64,000 nt of DNA from Nitrospirota bacterium (GTDB taxonomy: Bacteria; Nitrospirota; Thermodesulfovibrionia; Thermodesulfovibrionales; Dissulfurispiraceae), in assembly GCA_040758355.1 (NCBI GenBank), contig JBFLWF010000008.1:1-64000 (forward strand), read 5' to 3'. Each line of letters opens with the position of its first letter. The first letter of the stretch is position 1. Of this stretch, positions 41,371-51,144 are shown piece by piece. The position numbers were made by a program, and so were the translations under genes. The notes under the pieces were generated by a model that saw only the letters and a list, made by a program, of their open reading frames with translations, ran no database searches and had not been told where the DNA came from.

Positions 41371-41427
41371 ATGAAAGCTAAGAAGAATCTTATTGTTGTG
41401 GGCGACAGGGTGCTTGTGGAGGGATAG
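41371..41427 (+). pseudogene. 5' stub resembling a GroES/Cpn10-like gene
   Basis: MKAKKNLIVVGDRVLVEG*; GDRVLV is the Cpn10 N-terminal motif. Confidence 0.45.
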
Positions 41428-41436
41428 GGAGATATT

Positions 41437-42885
41437 ATGATGGAAATAATATTTTTAGTCGCAGGTTTGGTAATAGGCGGGATAGCCGCATGGTTTGTTG
41501 CCAAATCACGCTTGCAGGGAGACTATTCTCAGAAGATTTCACAGGTCCAGTCCGATTATTCTGGCAAGATTGCAGAGATCGAGGGAAGGGCAAAGAGCGC
41601 AGAGGCAGTTGTCAGTGAACTCAGGCAGCAGATTCAGCAAAGGGAATCGGATATTAATCAGATTAGGAGCGAGCTTGATAATGAGAGGCAGCAGAGGATA
41701 GAGACCACAACCAGACTGGATGAGGCGCAGAAAAGGCTTGAGGATTCCTACAAGAACCTCGATGAGCAGAAGGCGCTTATCGAGGTGATGAAGACCGAGC
41801 TGACAGATACATTCAAGGCCCATGCATCGGCAGCATTAAAGAGCAGCAATGAGGATTTTCTCAAGCTTGCATCAGAGCACCTCGGGAAGATACTTGCAGA
41901 GACAAAAGGAAAGCTCGGGGAGCATAGAGAGGCGCTGGACGGAACCATAAAGCCGCTTCAGGAAATGCTCAAGAGATATGAAGAACAGATCCAACAGATA
42001 GAGAAACACAGGCATGAAAGCTTTGGCAGTCTGACTCAGCAAATCCGCTCGCTCTCATCCATGCAGGAGCAGTTGCAGAAGGAGACGAGCAATCTCGTCA
42101 CTGTTCTCAGAAGGCCAAAGGTGAGCGGCTCATGGGGCGAGATAGGGCTGAGGAGGGTTGCAGAGCTTGCCGGGATGACAGCGTACTGCGATTTCTATGA
42201 GCAGGAGTCTGTTTCCACAGAATCGGGAAGACTGAGGCCCGACATGGTTGTGAGGCTTCCAAACGGCAGGGAGATTGTTGTGGATGCAAAGGCGCCTGTT
42301 GATGCTTACCTTAATGCAGTCTCCGCATCCTCTGAAGATGAGAGGAAAAAGGCTATAGGCAATTACATAACTCAGGTAAGGAATCATATGAACACCCTCG
42401 GATCAAAGGCATACTGGGATCAGTTTAAGCAGTCACCTGAGATTGTTGTGATGTATCTTCCCGGTGAATCGTTTTTCAGCGCCGCACTGGAGCATGATCA
42501 TAAGTTGATAGAAGACGGCAGTGCTAAAAAAGTGATACTTTCCACACCGACGACATTTATAGCCCTTCTTAAGGCTATTGCATACGGCTGGCAGCAGGAG
42601 CAGGTTACAAAGAGCGCGCAGGAGATAAATAATTTGGGGAAAGATTTGTATGATAGATTTTCTATTGTGCTTGAGCATTTTGCAGATATAGGAGCTGCAA
42701 TCAGAAAGGCTGTAGAGTCTTACAACAAAGGGGTGAGTTCCATGGAATCGAGGCTTATCCCTTCTGTAAGGAAGTTCAAGGAGCTTGGGGTTTCGAGCCA
42801 GAAGGAGATAGAATCTCCTTCTGAAATCAGCCAGAGCACAAAGAATATCGAGCATCTTGCACTGGAATTTGATGATGACAAATAA
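41437..42885 (+). CDS. rmuC: DNA recombination protein RmuC
   Basis: N-terminal TM plus coiled coil; GSWGE, RPDMVV, VDAK and PTT motifs. Confidence 0.93.
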   Translation: MMEIIFLVAGLVIGGIAAWFVAKSRLQGDYSQKISQVQSDYSGKIAEIEGRAKSAEAVVSELRQQIQQRESDINQIRSELDNERQQRIETTTRLDEAQKRLEDSYKNLDEQKALIEVMKTELTDTFKAHASAALKSSNEDFLKLASEHLGKILAETKGKLGEHREALDGTIKPLQEMLKRYEEQIQQIEKHRHESFGSLTQQIRSLSSMQEQLQKETSNLVTVLRRPKVSGSWGEIGLRRVAELAGMTAYCDFYEQESVSTESGRLRPDMVVRLPNGREIVVDAKAPVDAYLNAVSASSEDERKKAIGNYITQVRNHMNTLGSKAYWDQFKQSPEIVVMYLPGESFFSAALEHDHKLIEDGSAKKVILSTPTTFIALLKAIAYGWQQEQVTKSAQEINNLGKDLYDRFSIVLEHFADIGAAIRKAVESYNKGVSSMESRLIPSVRKFKELGVSSQKEIESPSEISQSTKNIEHLALEFDDDK

Positions 42886-42896
42886 AGGAGGTTCTT

Positions 42897-43577
42897 GTGA
42901 TTGAGGATTTAAGGAAGTCTGAGACATGGAGGGTATTCAGGATACAGTCGGAGCTGGTTGATGGCTTTGAGACCCTTTTCGATATTGGCCCGGCAGTTAC
43001 CATATTCGGCAGTTCAAGGCTTACCGAAGATGCGTATTATTACCACCAGGCAATAAAAGTAGGAAAGATGCTCTCCAGCGCAGGATTTTCTGTTATCACA
43101 GGCGGCGGGGCAGGGATCATGGAGGCTGCGAATAAAGGTGCGAAGATGGGCAATAAGGGAAAGTCGGTTGGGCTTAATATCGAGATCCCGCATGAGCAAC
43201 ATCCCAACAAATATCTGGATGTAAACATTTCCTTCAGATACTTTTTTGTGAGAAAGCTCATGTTCATAAAATATGCCATGGCCTTTGTCATATTTCCCGG
43301 CGGGTTCGGCACAATGGACGAACTGTTCGAGGCATTGACCCTTGTGCAGACAGGCAAGATACAGTCATTCCCCATAATACTGTTCGGCTCTGATTACTGG
43401 AAGGGACTTATAGAATGGATGAAGCAAACCCTTGTTCCTGAAGGTACGATAGGCAGGGAGGACTTTGCCCTTTTCAATATTGTGGACACGCCTGAAGAGG
43501 TCTGCGAACTGCTCAAGGAGCACTACAGGGTATTCGGAGGGCCTGTACCAATTGGAGAGTGTAAGAACACTAAATAA
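42897..43577 (+). CDS. LOG family protein (TIGR00730-like)
   Basis: TGGGAGIMEA, FFVRK and PGGFGTMDE motifs. Confidence 0.92.
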   Translation: MIEDLRKSETWRVFRIQSELVDGFETLFDIGPAVTIFGSSRLTEDAYYYHQAIKVGKMLSSAGFSVITGGGAGIMEAANKGAKMGNKGKSVGLNIEIPHEQHPNKYLDVNISFRYFFVRKLMFIKYAMAFVIFPGGFGTMDELFEALTLVQTGKIQSFPIILFGSDYWKGLIEWMKQTLVPEGTIGREDFALFNIVDTPEEVCELLKEHYRVFGGPVPIGECKNTK

Positions 43578-43582
43578 CTACT

Positions 43583-43612
43583 TGGAGTAGTGGAGTGCAC
43601 TCCATCACTCCA
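43583..43612. repeat. Hairpin of TGGAGTRN octamers between convergent genes; overlaps the trpD stop
   Basis: TGGAGTAG TGGAGTG CACTCCAT CACTCCA. Confidence 0.75.
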
Positions 43613-44624
43613 TTTGTAGTTTGTTTGTCACTTTCTTTATCTCTTCCAGTTTTTGTAAGGCCTTTTTGGAGTCTATGCTTTCTTCTGCAATCTCCCTTGC
43701 TGTCTTGAAGTCCTGTGCTATTCCTGCTACAACAATGGCTGCTGCGGAGTTCATGAGAACAATATCCCGCTTCGGCCCTTTCTCTCCATTTAGTATGGAG
43801 ATTGTTATTCCTGCATTTTCATTTTTGCTGCCTCCTGCAAGATCCTTGCAGTCAGCCTTTTTAAAGCCGAAGTCCTCTGGCGTTATGTAAGATGTCTCTA
43901 CTTTCCCGTCTTTGTATCTCGAAACCCTTGTTCCGTCGCATACGGTTATCTCGTCCAATCCGTCCTCTCCGTGGACAACCATTGCATCAACAGCACCAAG
44001 ATTTCCGAGCACCGATGCGAGGGGCTCGGTCAACCTGTCCGCAAATACCCCTAATATCTGGCGCTTTGCATTCGCAGGATTCGTAAGTGGGCCGAGGATA
44101 TTGAATATTGTCCTTATGCCTATTTCCCTGCGCGGGCCGATGGCGAACTTCATTGCAGGATGGAACAATGGTGCAAAGAGAAAACCGAAGTTTGTCTCAA
44201 AAAGGCATTTCTCAACCTTTTCAGGGGGCAGTTCTATATTTACACCGAGGGCCTCAAGCACATCGGCGCTACCTGACTGGCTCGATACAGAGCGGTTGCC
44301 GTGCTTTGCAACAGGAACGCCAGATGCAGCAACAACAATGGCAGTGGTTGTCGAGATATTAAATGTTCCAGACATGTCTCCGCCTGTGCCGCATGTGTCG
44401 ATAACACCTTCAGGGGCATTGATCTTAGTTGCCTTCTCCCTCATTATCCTCGCAGCGGCTGTTATCTCTTCTATTGTTTCGCCCTTTATTCTTAAGGCTG
44501 TTAGGAATGCGCCTATCTGTGCGTCTGTTGCCCTGCCTTCCATTATCTCTGTCATGCACTCTGCCATTTCTGATTCAGAAAGGCTTATGTTCTGGATTAT
44601 GATGCTTATGGCTTCCTTTATCAT
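43605..44624 (-). CDS. trpD: Anthranilate phosphoribosyltransferase
   Basis: DTCGTGGD, FNIST, KHGNRS and GLDE motifs. Confidence 0.97.
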   Translation of the reverse strand: MIKEAISIIIQNISLSESEMAECMTEIMEGRATDAQIGAFLTALRIKGETIEEITAAARIMREKATKINAPEGVIDTCGTGGDMSGTFNISTTTAIVVAASGVPVAKHGNRSVSSQSGSADVLEALGVNIELPPEKVEKCLFETNFGFLFAPLFHPAMKFAIGPRREIGIRTIFNILGPLTNPANAKRQILGVFADRLTEPLASVLGNLGAVDAMVVHGEDGLDEITVCDGTRVSRYKDGKVETSYITPEDFGFKKADCKDLAGGSKNENAGITISILNGEKGPKRDIVLMNSAAAIVVAGIAQDFKTAREIAEESIDSKKALQKLEEIKKVTNKLQME

Positions 44625-45224
44625 CTATCTTTCCCCTCTACGAGCCATCTGCAGTTTTATGAAATTCCTCAAAAGGTCTTTGCCTACAGTGGTGAGTATG
44701 GATTCGGGATGGAACTGTACGCCCTCTATTATGAACTCCTTGTGCCTTATCCCCATTATTATCCCGTTGTCTCTGTTTCCGTCGCTCCATGCGGTTATTT
44801 CAAGACAGTCCGGGATGGTCTCCCGCTTGATTACGAGCGAATGGTATCTTGTCGCTTCGAACGGATTGGGAAGTCCTTCAAATATTGTCTTGCCATCATG
44901 ATATACGAGTGATGTCTTTCCGTGCATCAGATTTGGCGCCCTGACAATCTCTCCGCCAAAGGCAGCGCCGATGGACTGATGCCCGAGGCATACGCCCAAA
45001 ATTGGGATTTTGCCTGAGAAGTGTTTTATAACATCAATGGATATTCCTGCCTCTTTTGGCGTGCATGGCCCGGGAGATATGACAATCCTTTCTGGCTTCA
45101 TTTTTTCTATGTCTTCAATGGTTATTTTATCGTTTCTGTATACCAGGACATCTTCGCCCAGCTCTCCAAGATACTGGACGAGGTTGTATGTGAAAGAGTC
45201 GTAGTTGTCTATCATCAAAAGCAT
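44625..45224 (-). CDS. trpG: Anthranilate synthase component II
   Basis: [19 protein letters not shown] and QFHPES motifs. Confidence 0.95.
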   Translation of the reverse strand: MLLMIDNYDSFTYNLVQYLGELGEDVLVYRNDKITIEDIEKMKPERIVISPGPCTPKEAGISIDVIKHFSGKIPILGVCLGHQSIGAAFGGEIVRAPNLMHGKTSLVYHDGKTIFEGLPNPFEATRYHSLVIKRETIPDCLEITAWSDGNRDNGIIMGIRHKEFIIEGVQFHPESILTTVGKDLLRNFIKLQMARRGER

Positions 45225-45234
45225 ATTGCCTCCC

Positions 45235-46743
45235 TTAATTCTTTTCAGGGGGTTTTCGCAAGGGGGATGGAATCCCACTTGCGTGCTCCACTGCCTTCAT
45301 CATTGCCATTGCCTTGTTTAGTGTCTCCATGTATTCGTTCTCAGGCACAGAATCGGCAACTATGCCGGCTCCTGCCTGAACATATACCTTGCCATCTTTT
45401 ATAATAAGCGTCCTTATTGTGATGCATGTATCCATATTGCCTGAATATCCGAAATATCCCACTGCCCCTGCATATGCCCCTCTCTTTGTGGGTTCCAGTT
45501 CTTCTATGATCTCCATTGCCCTGACCTTCGGCGCTCCTGACACAGTGCCGGCAGGGAAACATGCCCTGAATACATCAAAGGCATCGAGACCCTTCTTAAG
45601 CCTGCCTTCCACATTCGAAACTATGTGCATCACGTGGCTGTAACGCTCTACAGTCATCAGCTCTGTAACATTTACAGAGCCTATCTCTGCGACCCTTCCC
45701 ACATCATTCCTGCCGAGGTCAACGAGCATTATATGCTCTGCGATTTCCTTCGGGTCTTTTTTCAAATCATCTTCAAGGGCTTTATCCTCTTCTTCGGTCT
45801 CCCCTCTTTTCCTTGTGCCTGCAATTGGCCTCAGAGTTATCTTATCGCCTTCAAGCCTCACAAGGATTTCTGGGGAAGAGCCGACGATCTGTGATTCTCC
45901 TATGTCGAGGTAATACATATACGGCGAAGGGTTTATTATCCTGAGCGAGCGGTAAATGTCAAAAGGAGATGCGCTTGTCTGTTTCTCGAACCTCTGTGAC
46001 AGGACTACCTGCACGACATCTCCTGACATTACATACTCCTTTGCCTTTTCAACGGCATTCAGAAAATCTTCCTTTGTAAAATTGGAAGAAAAGTTTTCTG
46101 TTTGGGCAAGAGGCGATAGACCATGGGCAATAGGTGCTGAGGAATAAGCCCCTTGCCTTAACTCGTCTATGATTTTATCTATCCTTGCCTCTGCCTCTGC
46201 ATACGATTCTTTAATATCCTTTCCTTCTGTATGGGTGTTGCACACAACCTTTATCGTTTGCCTGAGATTGTCAAATATGAGGACTGTATCGGCAAGCATG
46301 AGGAATATATCGGGCATGTCGATCTCCGGCTTCGGGTTGTCAGGAACCCTCTCAAAGAACTTCACGACATCATATCCTATATATCCAACGAGTCCGCCTG
46401 AAAACCTCGGAAGTCCTTTTGTATCAACAGGTCTGAACTTTGAAAGGATGTCCTTTATGACGTTCAGAGGATCGCTGGTTTCTGTTTCTATGACAACCCC
46501 TCCGTTTTTTATCTCCACTTTTTTGCCCCTGCATGTTATGGTCATCGAAGGCCCTATGCCTATGAAGGAGTATCTCGCCCATTTTTCGCCGCCCACAACG
46601 CTTTCGAGGAGAAATGACGGTTTTTTATTCAGCTTGAGAAAGGCGCTTACAGGGGTCTCCACATCCCCTGGTATCTCCTTGTAGACGGGGATCAGGTTGC
46701 CCTGTCTGGCTAACTCCTTAAATTCATTGAAATTCAAATTCAT
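45235..46743 (-). CDS. trpE: Anthranilate synthase component I
   Basis: [27 protein letters not shown] and GAPKVRAM motifs. Confidence 0.96.
   Translation of the reverse strand: MNLNFNEFKELARQGNLIPVYKEIPGDVETPVSAFLKLNKKPSFLLESVVGGEKWARYSFIGIGPSMTITCRGKKVEIKNGGVVIETETSDPLNVIKDILSKFRPVDTKGLPRFSGGLVGYIGYDVVKFFERVPDNPKPEIDMPDIFLMLADTVLIFDNLRQTIKVVCNTHTEGKDIKESYAEAEARIDKIIDELRQGAYSSAPIAHGLSPLAQTENFSSNFTKEDFLNAVEKAKEYVMSGDVVQVVLSQRFEKQTSASPFDIYRSLRIINPSPYMYYLDIGESQIVGSSPEILVRLEGDKITLRPIAGTRKRGETEEEDKALEDDLKKDPKEIAEHIMLVDLGRNDVGRVAEIGSVNVTELMTVERYSHVMHIVSNVEGRLKKGLDAFDVFRACFPAGTVSGAPKVRAMEIIEELEPTKRGAYAGAVGYFGYSGNMDTCITIRTLIIKDGKVYVQAGAGIVADSVPENEYMETLNKAMAMMKAVEHASGIPSPLRKPPEKN
46104..46134. repeat. 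Degenerate CCTATTG-type heptamer array in-frame in trpE
   Basis: Sense CCTATTG CCCATGG TCTATCG CCTCTTG; peptide [10 protein letters not shown]. Confidence 0.6.
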
Positions 46744-46832
46744 TTTTTTATTTTAATGGAATCGTGTGTTTTTAGCAATTGATTTGACATAGTTCACATG
46801 ATTATGATAAGTTTTTCTGTTATCAATTAATT

Positions 46833-46908
46833 GCGGGTGTAGCTCAGTTGGTAGAGCACAACCTTGCCAAGGTTGGGGTCGCGGGTTCGAATCCCGTCGC
46901 CCGCTCCA
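46833..46908 (+). tRNA. tRNA-Gly(GCC)
   Basis: GCGGGTG...CAACCTTGCCAAGGTTG...GTTCGAATC...CCA. Confidence 0.97.
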
Positions 46909-47001
46909 TGAAATCTAAGATGACAGAATACAGATTTCAAAATCAAAAATAAATAATTTAAAGTCTGTCTTCTGATAGACTGGCTTCTATGTTCTGATAA
47001 T

Positions 47002-47077
47002 GGCGGCGTACCCAAGTGGCTAAGGGAGAGGTCTGCAAAACCTCGATGCAGCGGTTCGAATCCGCTCGCCGCCTCCA
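47002..47077 (+). tRNA. tRNA-Cys(GCA)
   Basis: GGCGGCG...GAGGTCTGCAAAACCTC...GTTCGAATC...CCA. Confidence 0.96.
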
Positions 47078-47080
47078 GAA

Positions 47081-47812
47081 TTAATACCTCATTATCTCCA
47101 GATAATCCCTGAAGTCCATCTCTTCTTCTCCCTTTGCAGTGAGAAGTCTTTGTTTTATTTCCTCTATGAATTTCTTCCTGTCACCTTTATAGGCCGGGTC
47201 TATTTCTATTGCCCGTGCAATTATTGCCGCAGCATCTCCATATCTGCTTCCCCTGTTATAGGCGAGTGCAAGCCCGTAATACGGCAATGCAAAGAGGGGA
47301 GACCTCTTTATGGAATCCTTGAATGCATTTATGGCGGGCTCGTATTGCCCCACCCTGTAATAAGAAATGCCGAGATTGTAGAATGCCGTTTCAGGCGTTC
47401 TGTACAGTGGATTTAATAATGCCCTTTTAAATGCATCTATCGCCTCTGTCCACTGCCTCCTCTTTGAATATGTTACACCAAGATTGTTGTATGCCTCTGA
47501 AAATTCGGAATCGATGGATACTGCCCTTAGAAACAGGTCCTTTGCCTTTTCGAGTTCATCCAGTTGGAGGTAGACGAGTCCAAGGCTGTTAAGGGTCTCT
47601 TTATTGTCGGGGTTGAGCTGATATGCCTTCTGAAGCTCCACAAATGCCATCTGGATATTGCCCTCATTCAGGTGGGAAATGCCCATTTTATAATGGAACT
47701 CGGCTTCCTTTCGCTCCTCCACAGGAACAGTGACGCAGCCGATCAATACAGTAGTTAGTAGCAAGTAGCCAGTAGCCAGCAAAATAGTAACGAGTTTTTT
47801 CATTTTCTCCAT
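47081..47812 (-). CDS. TPR lipoprotein (PilF/PilW-like)
   Basis: Lipobox LIGC; repeated TPR motifs (YNNLGV, FYNLGI). Confidence 0.8.
   Translation of the reverse strand: MEKMKKLVTILLATGYLLLTTVLIGCVTVPVEERKEAEFHYKMGISHLNEGNIQMAFVELQKAYQLNPDNKETLNSLGLVYLQLDELEKAKDLFLRAVSIDSEFSEAYNNLGVTYSKRRQWTEAIDAFKRALLNPLYRTPETAFYNLGISYYRVGQYEPAINAFKDSIKRSPLFALPYYGLALAYNRGSRYGDAAAIIARAIEIDPAYKGDRKKFIEEIKQRLLTAKGEEEMDFRDYLEIMRY
47750..47780. repeat. AGTAGYN heptamer array in the TPR lipoprotein signal peptide
   Basis: AGTAGTT AGTAGCA AGTAGCC AGTAGCC; encodes LATGYLLLTT on the minus strand. Confidence 0.75.
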
Positions 47813-47816
47813 GCCC

Positions 47817-47913
47817 TTTGGTTTAGCTATTCTAATTTAGAAAATATATGTCAGGTGCGGCGAAAAGAGGAGTCTTTGAGCCGTGCCTGACATATAAAAT
47901 TGCTCAATTCAGT
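47817..47913. mobile_element. MITE family A, short internally deleted copy
   Basis: TATATGTCAGGTGCGGC / GCCGTGCCTGACATATA inverted repeat; shares TTTGAGCnGTGCCTGACATATAAAATTGCTCAA with 18856-18888. Confidence 0.7.
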
Positions 47914-47918
47914 TTAAA

Positions 47919-50900
47919 TTATTTTGACAATCTTGTCCATAAGGACTGCAGTGTCTCCTCGACCTTTGTTATTCTGTCTTTTGACGGTATCACCTGCGTA
48001 TCAAATTCAAAACCGTCCGGCAGGAAACGAATCCCCCTCTCTTTCTTCTGCAGTTCAAACAATGTCTTTAAGAGTTTATCAAAAAAGTTTTCAGGAATTT
48101 TATATTTATCCTCTGCATCGGAGACAAAGAAAAACCTGTATCTGCCGTCTATATCAGAAACCGTAGAGATATATAAGAGCCTCGACAATATTTTTACCTC
48201 TATGACATGCATTAGATTATTCACCTCTTCTGGCATGCTGCCGAATCTGTCGAGGAGTTCTTCTTTTAACTCTGTCAGGGCATTCAGGGATTTTACCGAC
48301 GATATTCTCCTGTAAATGCTCAATCTCAAGGCGATGTCCGGTATGTAGTCCTCGGGTATAAATGCAGAAAGCCTCAGTCTTATCTGGGGTTCTATTTCTT
48401 CCTTTATCTCTTCTCCCTTGAGTTCTGAGACAGCCTTCTCCAGCATCTCCATGTACATGTCGAATCCGACCCTATAGATATGCCCTGACTGCTCTGCACC
48501 GAGGAGATTTCCTGCCCCTCTTATTTCGAGATCTTTTAGCGCAAGCCTGAAACCTGCGCCGAGATAGCTCATTTCCTGTATTGCCTGAAGCCTCTTTTTT
48601 GCATCATCTGTAATGATGTCTTCTCCTGGTATCAGGAAGTATGCATATGCCTGTGTGTTTCCCCTTCCGACCCTTCCCCTGAGCTGGTAGAGGTCTGACA
48701 GTCCGAACGTATCCGCCCTGTCAACGATTATTGTGTTGGCTGTTGTAATGTCGAGGCCTGCACCGATTATTGCAGTGCATACGAGGACATCTGTTTCTTT
48801 ATTCAGAAAGCCCAGCATAATCCTTTCGAGATCTACCTCCCTCATCTGTCCATGGGCTGTTGCGATCCTCGCATCTGGAACCAGTTTTTTGATATGGACG
48901 GATATTTTTTCTATATCTTTTATCCTGTTGTGGACAAAAAATATCTGTCCGTTCCTCTGCATTTCCCTTTCTATTGCCTCTTTTATTGTCCTGTCATTGA
49001 ATGTTGTAACAGTGCTTCTCACCGAGAGCCTTTCTTCTGGAGGCGTCTCTATGGTGCACATTTCCCTTATCCCTGACAGGGACATATGCAGCGTCCTCGG
49101 AATCGGCGTTGCTGTGAGTGTGAGGATATCGACGCCCTTTTTGAGCTCTTTCAGCCTCTCCTTTTGGGCAACTCCGAACCTGTGCTCTTCGTCTATAATC
49201 AGAAGGCCGAGGTCGTGGAACTGGACTTTTTTGTTCAAGAGCATATGCGTCCCTATAACTATGTCGACCTCTCCTTTTGCAATTGCCGTAATGGAGTTGT
49301 TCAAATCACCTTTATTTTTAAATCTGCTGAGATAATCTATCCTTACAGGGAATCCCGAAAACCTTGCCTTGAATGTCCTGAAATGCTGCTCTGCAAGCAA
49401 TGTTGTTGGGACAAGCACAGCCGCCTGCTTTCCGTCATAGACAGCCCTGAATGCAGCCCTGACAGCCACTTCTGTTTTCCCGTATCCAACATCTCCGCAG
49501 AGGAGCATATCCATTGGCATTTCTGAATGCATATGCCTTTTTATCTCTTCTATGGACTTTGTCTGGTCCGGTGTTTCTTCGTAAGGAAAGAAATCATCGA
49601 ATTCCCTGTGCATGGGAGTGTCCTCGCTGAATTTATAGCCCCTTGCAATCCTCCTCTCAGCATACAGTTTCAGGAGTTTTTCTGCCATCTCCCTGATCCC
49701 CTTCTTTACCTTCTGTTTTGTCCTGATCCATGCCTTGCCGCCGAGTTTTTCGAGGGATGGGATGTGTCCTTCTGCAGCGCTGTATTTCTGCAGCCTGTCT
49801 ATGCTGTGAAACGGGACATATAACCTGCCGTTTGCATACTCGATGGTTATTAAATCCTGTTCATAATCTTCTGTCCTCTGCCTCTGCAATCCGGCGAACC
49901 TTCCTATGCCATGGTCTTTGTGCACAACGAAATCGCCGGGTTTTAAATCATCGATGCTGAGGAGGAGCCTCGAGACCTTTGATTTTTTAATGGGCCTGTA
50001 TGAGGGTCTTTCGCCAAAGATTTCCCTGTCAGTTACTATCAGGAGTTCAGGAAGATTTATTCCTGAAGACAGCCTGCCTGTGGTTATGCAAAATATTCCT
50101 TCATAGGATTTTAAGTCCTGCCTGTCTATTATTGGCGCTACAATGCCGCCATCCGACATAATCTCTCTGAGGCGCTCTGCCTGAGCCTTTGAAGACATTG
50201 CGGAGATAACCTGTTTGTCTGCTTTTTTTAATACATCAGGAATATCATTTATGCCCTTACGTTCTTCTAAAAGTATCCCTGTCCCCTTGATTGCCATTTC
50301 GCCCGAATCGATACCTTCACCAACAAAGGGGAGATGCGAAATGAGAATGGATTTTTGGAGTGATGGAGTAATGGAGTGATGATCGACAACAAAGACATCG
50401 AAATCTCTTAAGCCGGTTAAATCGTCTATCAGATCATGTGTCGGCTCTCCTTCTTCTGCAGGGAAAATTTCTATATCATTTATCTCTTTTATCGACCTCT
50501 GTGTTTCGATGTCGAATGTCCTTATGAGGTCTATCTCGTCTCCGAAAAACTCAACTCTCACAGGAGAGGCTTCAATTGCAGGATATATATCAAAGAGCCA
50601 TCCCCTCTGGCTGTATTCACCCTTTTCCATCACAACGCTCACATTTCTGTAGCCATGGGATGTGAGCCATGTCTCCAATTTTCCCCTCCCGATTTCAATT
50701 CCTTTTTTAAGGGCTAAAATGCTGCTTTCTATATCCGAGATGCTGAAACCGGTCTGGTATGCGCCTTTTGAGGTTATTATTGACTGCTGACTGCTGACTG
50801 CTGACTGCCGTATTTTATATAGTGCCTTTGCCCTTTCTCCAATGGCTTCTGGACCGGATGGGGGAGGAAAATAGGCGATTGCTGATTGCTGATTGCTGAT

Positions 50901-51107
50901 TGCTGAATTTAAAAACAGAAAGTCATTATAAAGCATTGATGCGGACTCGTCAGAATCTTCGACTACGATAAACGGTTTTTCATTAAATAAGAGCAGCAAT
51001 GCGAGGTGGGAGATGGAGATATTGTAAATCCTTTTTGTCTCGCTGATTTTCAGACGCTCGTATGTTTGTTCTGCATGGCTTTTTAATAAATGAAATACAT
51101 TAGGCAT
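47919..51107 (-). CDS. mfd: Transcription-repair coupling factor
   Basis: GDVGYGKTE, DEEHRFG, TATPIPRT, QLRGRVGR and DLEIRGAG motifs. Confidence 0.97.
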   Translation of the reverse strand: MPNVFHLLKSHAEQTYERLKISETKRIYNISISHLALLLLFNEKPFIVVEDSDESASMLYNDFLFLNSAISNQQSAIAYFPPPSGPEAIGERAKALYKIRQSAVSSQQSIITSKGAYQTGFSISDIESSILALKKGIEIGRGKLETWLTSHGYRNVSVVMEKGEYSQRGWLFDIYPAIEASPVRVEFFGDEIDLIRTFDIETQRSIKEINDIEIFPAEEGEPTHDLIDDLTGLRDFDVFVVDHHSITPSLQKSILISHLPFVGEGIDSGEMAIKGTGILLEERKGINDIPDVLKKADKQVISAMSSKAQAERLREIMSDGGIVAPIIDRQDLKSYEGIFCITTGRLSSGINLPELLIVTDREIFGERPSYRPIKKSKVSRLLLSIDDLKPGDFVVHKDHGIGRFAGLQRQRTEDYEQDLITIEYANGRLYVPFHSIDRLQKYSAAEGHIPSLEKLGGKAWIRTKQKVKKGIREMAEKLLKLYAERRIARGYKFSEDTPMHREFDDFFPYEETPDQTKSIEEIKRHMHSEMPMDMLLCGDVGYGKTEVAVRAAFRAVYDGKQAAVLVPTTLLAEQHFRTFKARFSGFPVRIDYLSRFKNKGDLNNSITAIAKGEVDIVIGTHMLLNKKVQFHDLGLLIIDEEHRFGVAQKERLKELKKGVDILTLTATPIPRTLHMSLSGIREMCTIETPPEERLSVRSTVTTFNDRTIKEAIEREMQRNGQIFFVHNRIKDIEKISVHIKKLVPDARIATAHGQMREVDLERIMLGFLNKETDVLVCTAIIGAGLDITTANTIIVDRADTFGLSDLYQLRGRVGRGNTQAYAYFLIPGEDIITDDAKKRLQAIQEMSYLGAGFRLALKDLEIRGAGNLLGAEQSGHIYRVGFDMYMEMLEKAVSELKGEEIKEEIEPQIRLRLSAFIPEDYIPDIALRLSIYRRISSVKSLNALTELKEELLDRFGSMPEEVNNLMHVIEVKILSRLLYISTVSDIDGRYRFFFVSDAEDKYKIPENFFDKLLKTLFELQKKERGIRFLPDGFEFDTQVIPSKDRITKVEETLQSLWTRLSK
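50356..50380. repeat. In-frame octamer array in mfd
   Basis: TGGAGTGA TGGAGTAA TGGAGTGA; peptide HSITPSLQ. Confidence 0.8.
50780..50810. repeat. In-frame CAGTCAG x4 array in mfd
   Basis: Peptide RQSAVSSQQS, identical to the mnmA insert. Confidence 0.9.
50877..50906. repeat. In-frame AGCAATC x4 array in mfd
   Basis: GATTGCT x4 on the plus strand; peptide SAISNQQSAI. Confidence 0.9.
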
Positions 51108-51144
51108 GGTTTTATTTTAACTCAAATCTTATATAATATTTCCT

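Noticed and set aside
46909..47001. Degenerate CAGA/TCTG 7-periodic tract between tRNA-Gly and tRNA-Cys; similar weak tract at 12385-12415
   Set aside because: Probably decayed members of the heptamer families, but too degenerate to delimit confidently.
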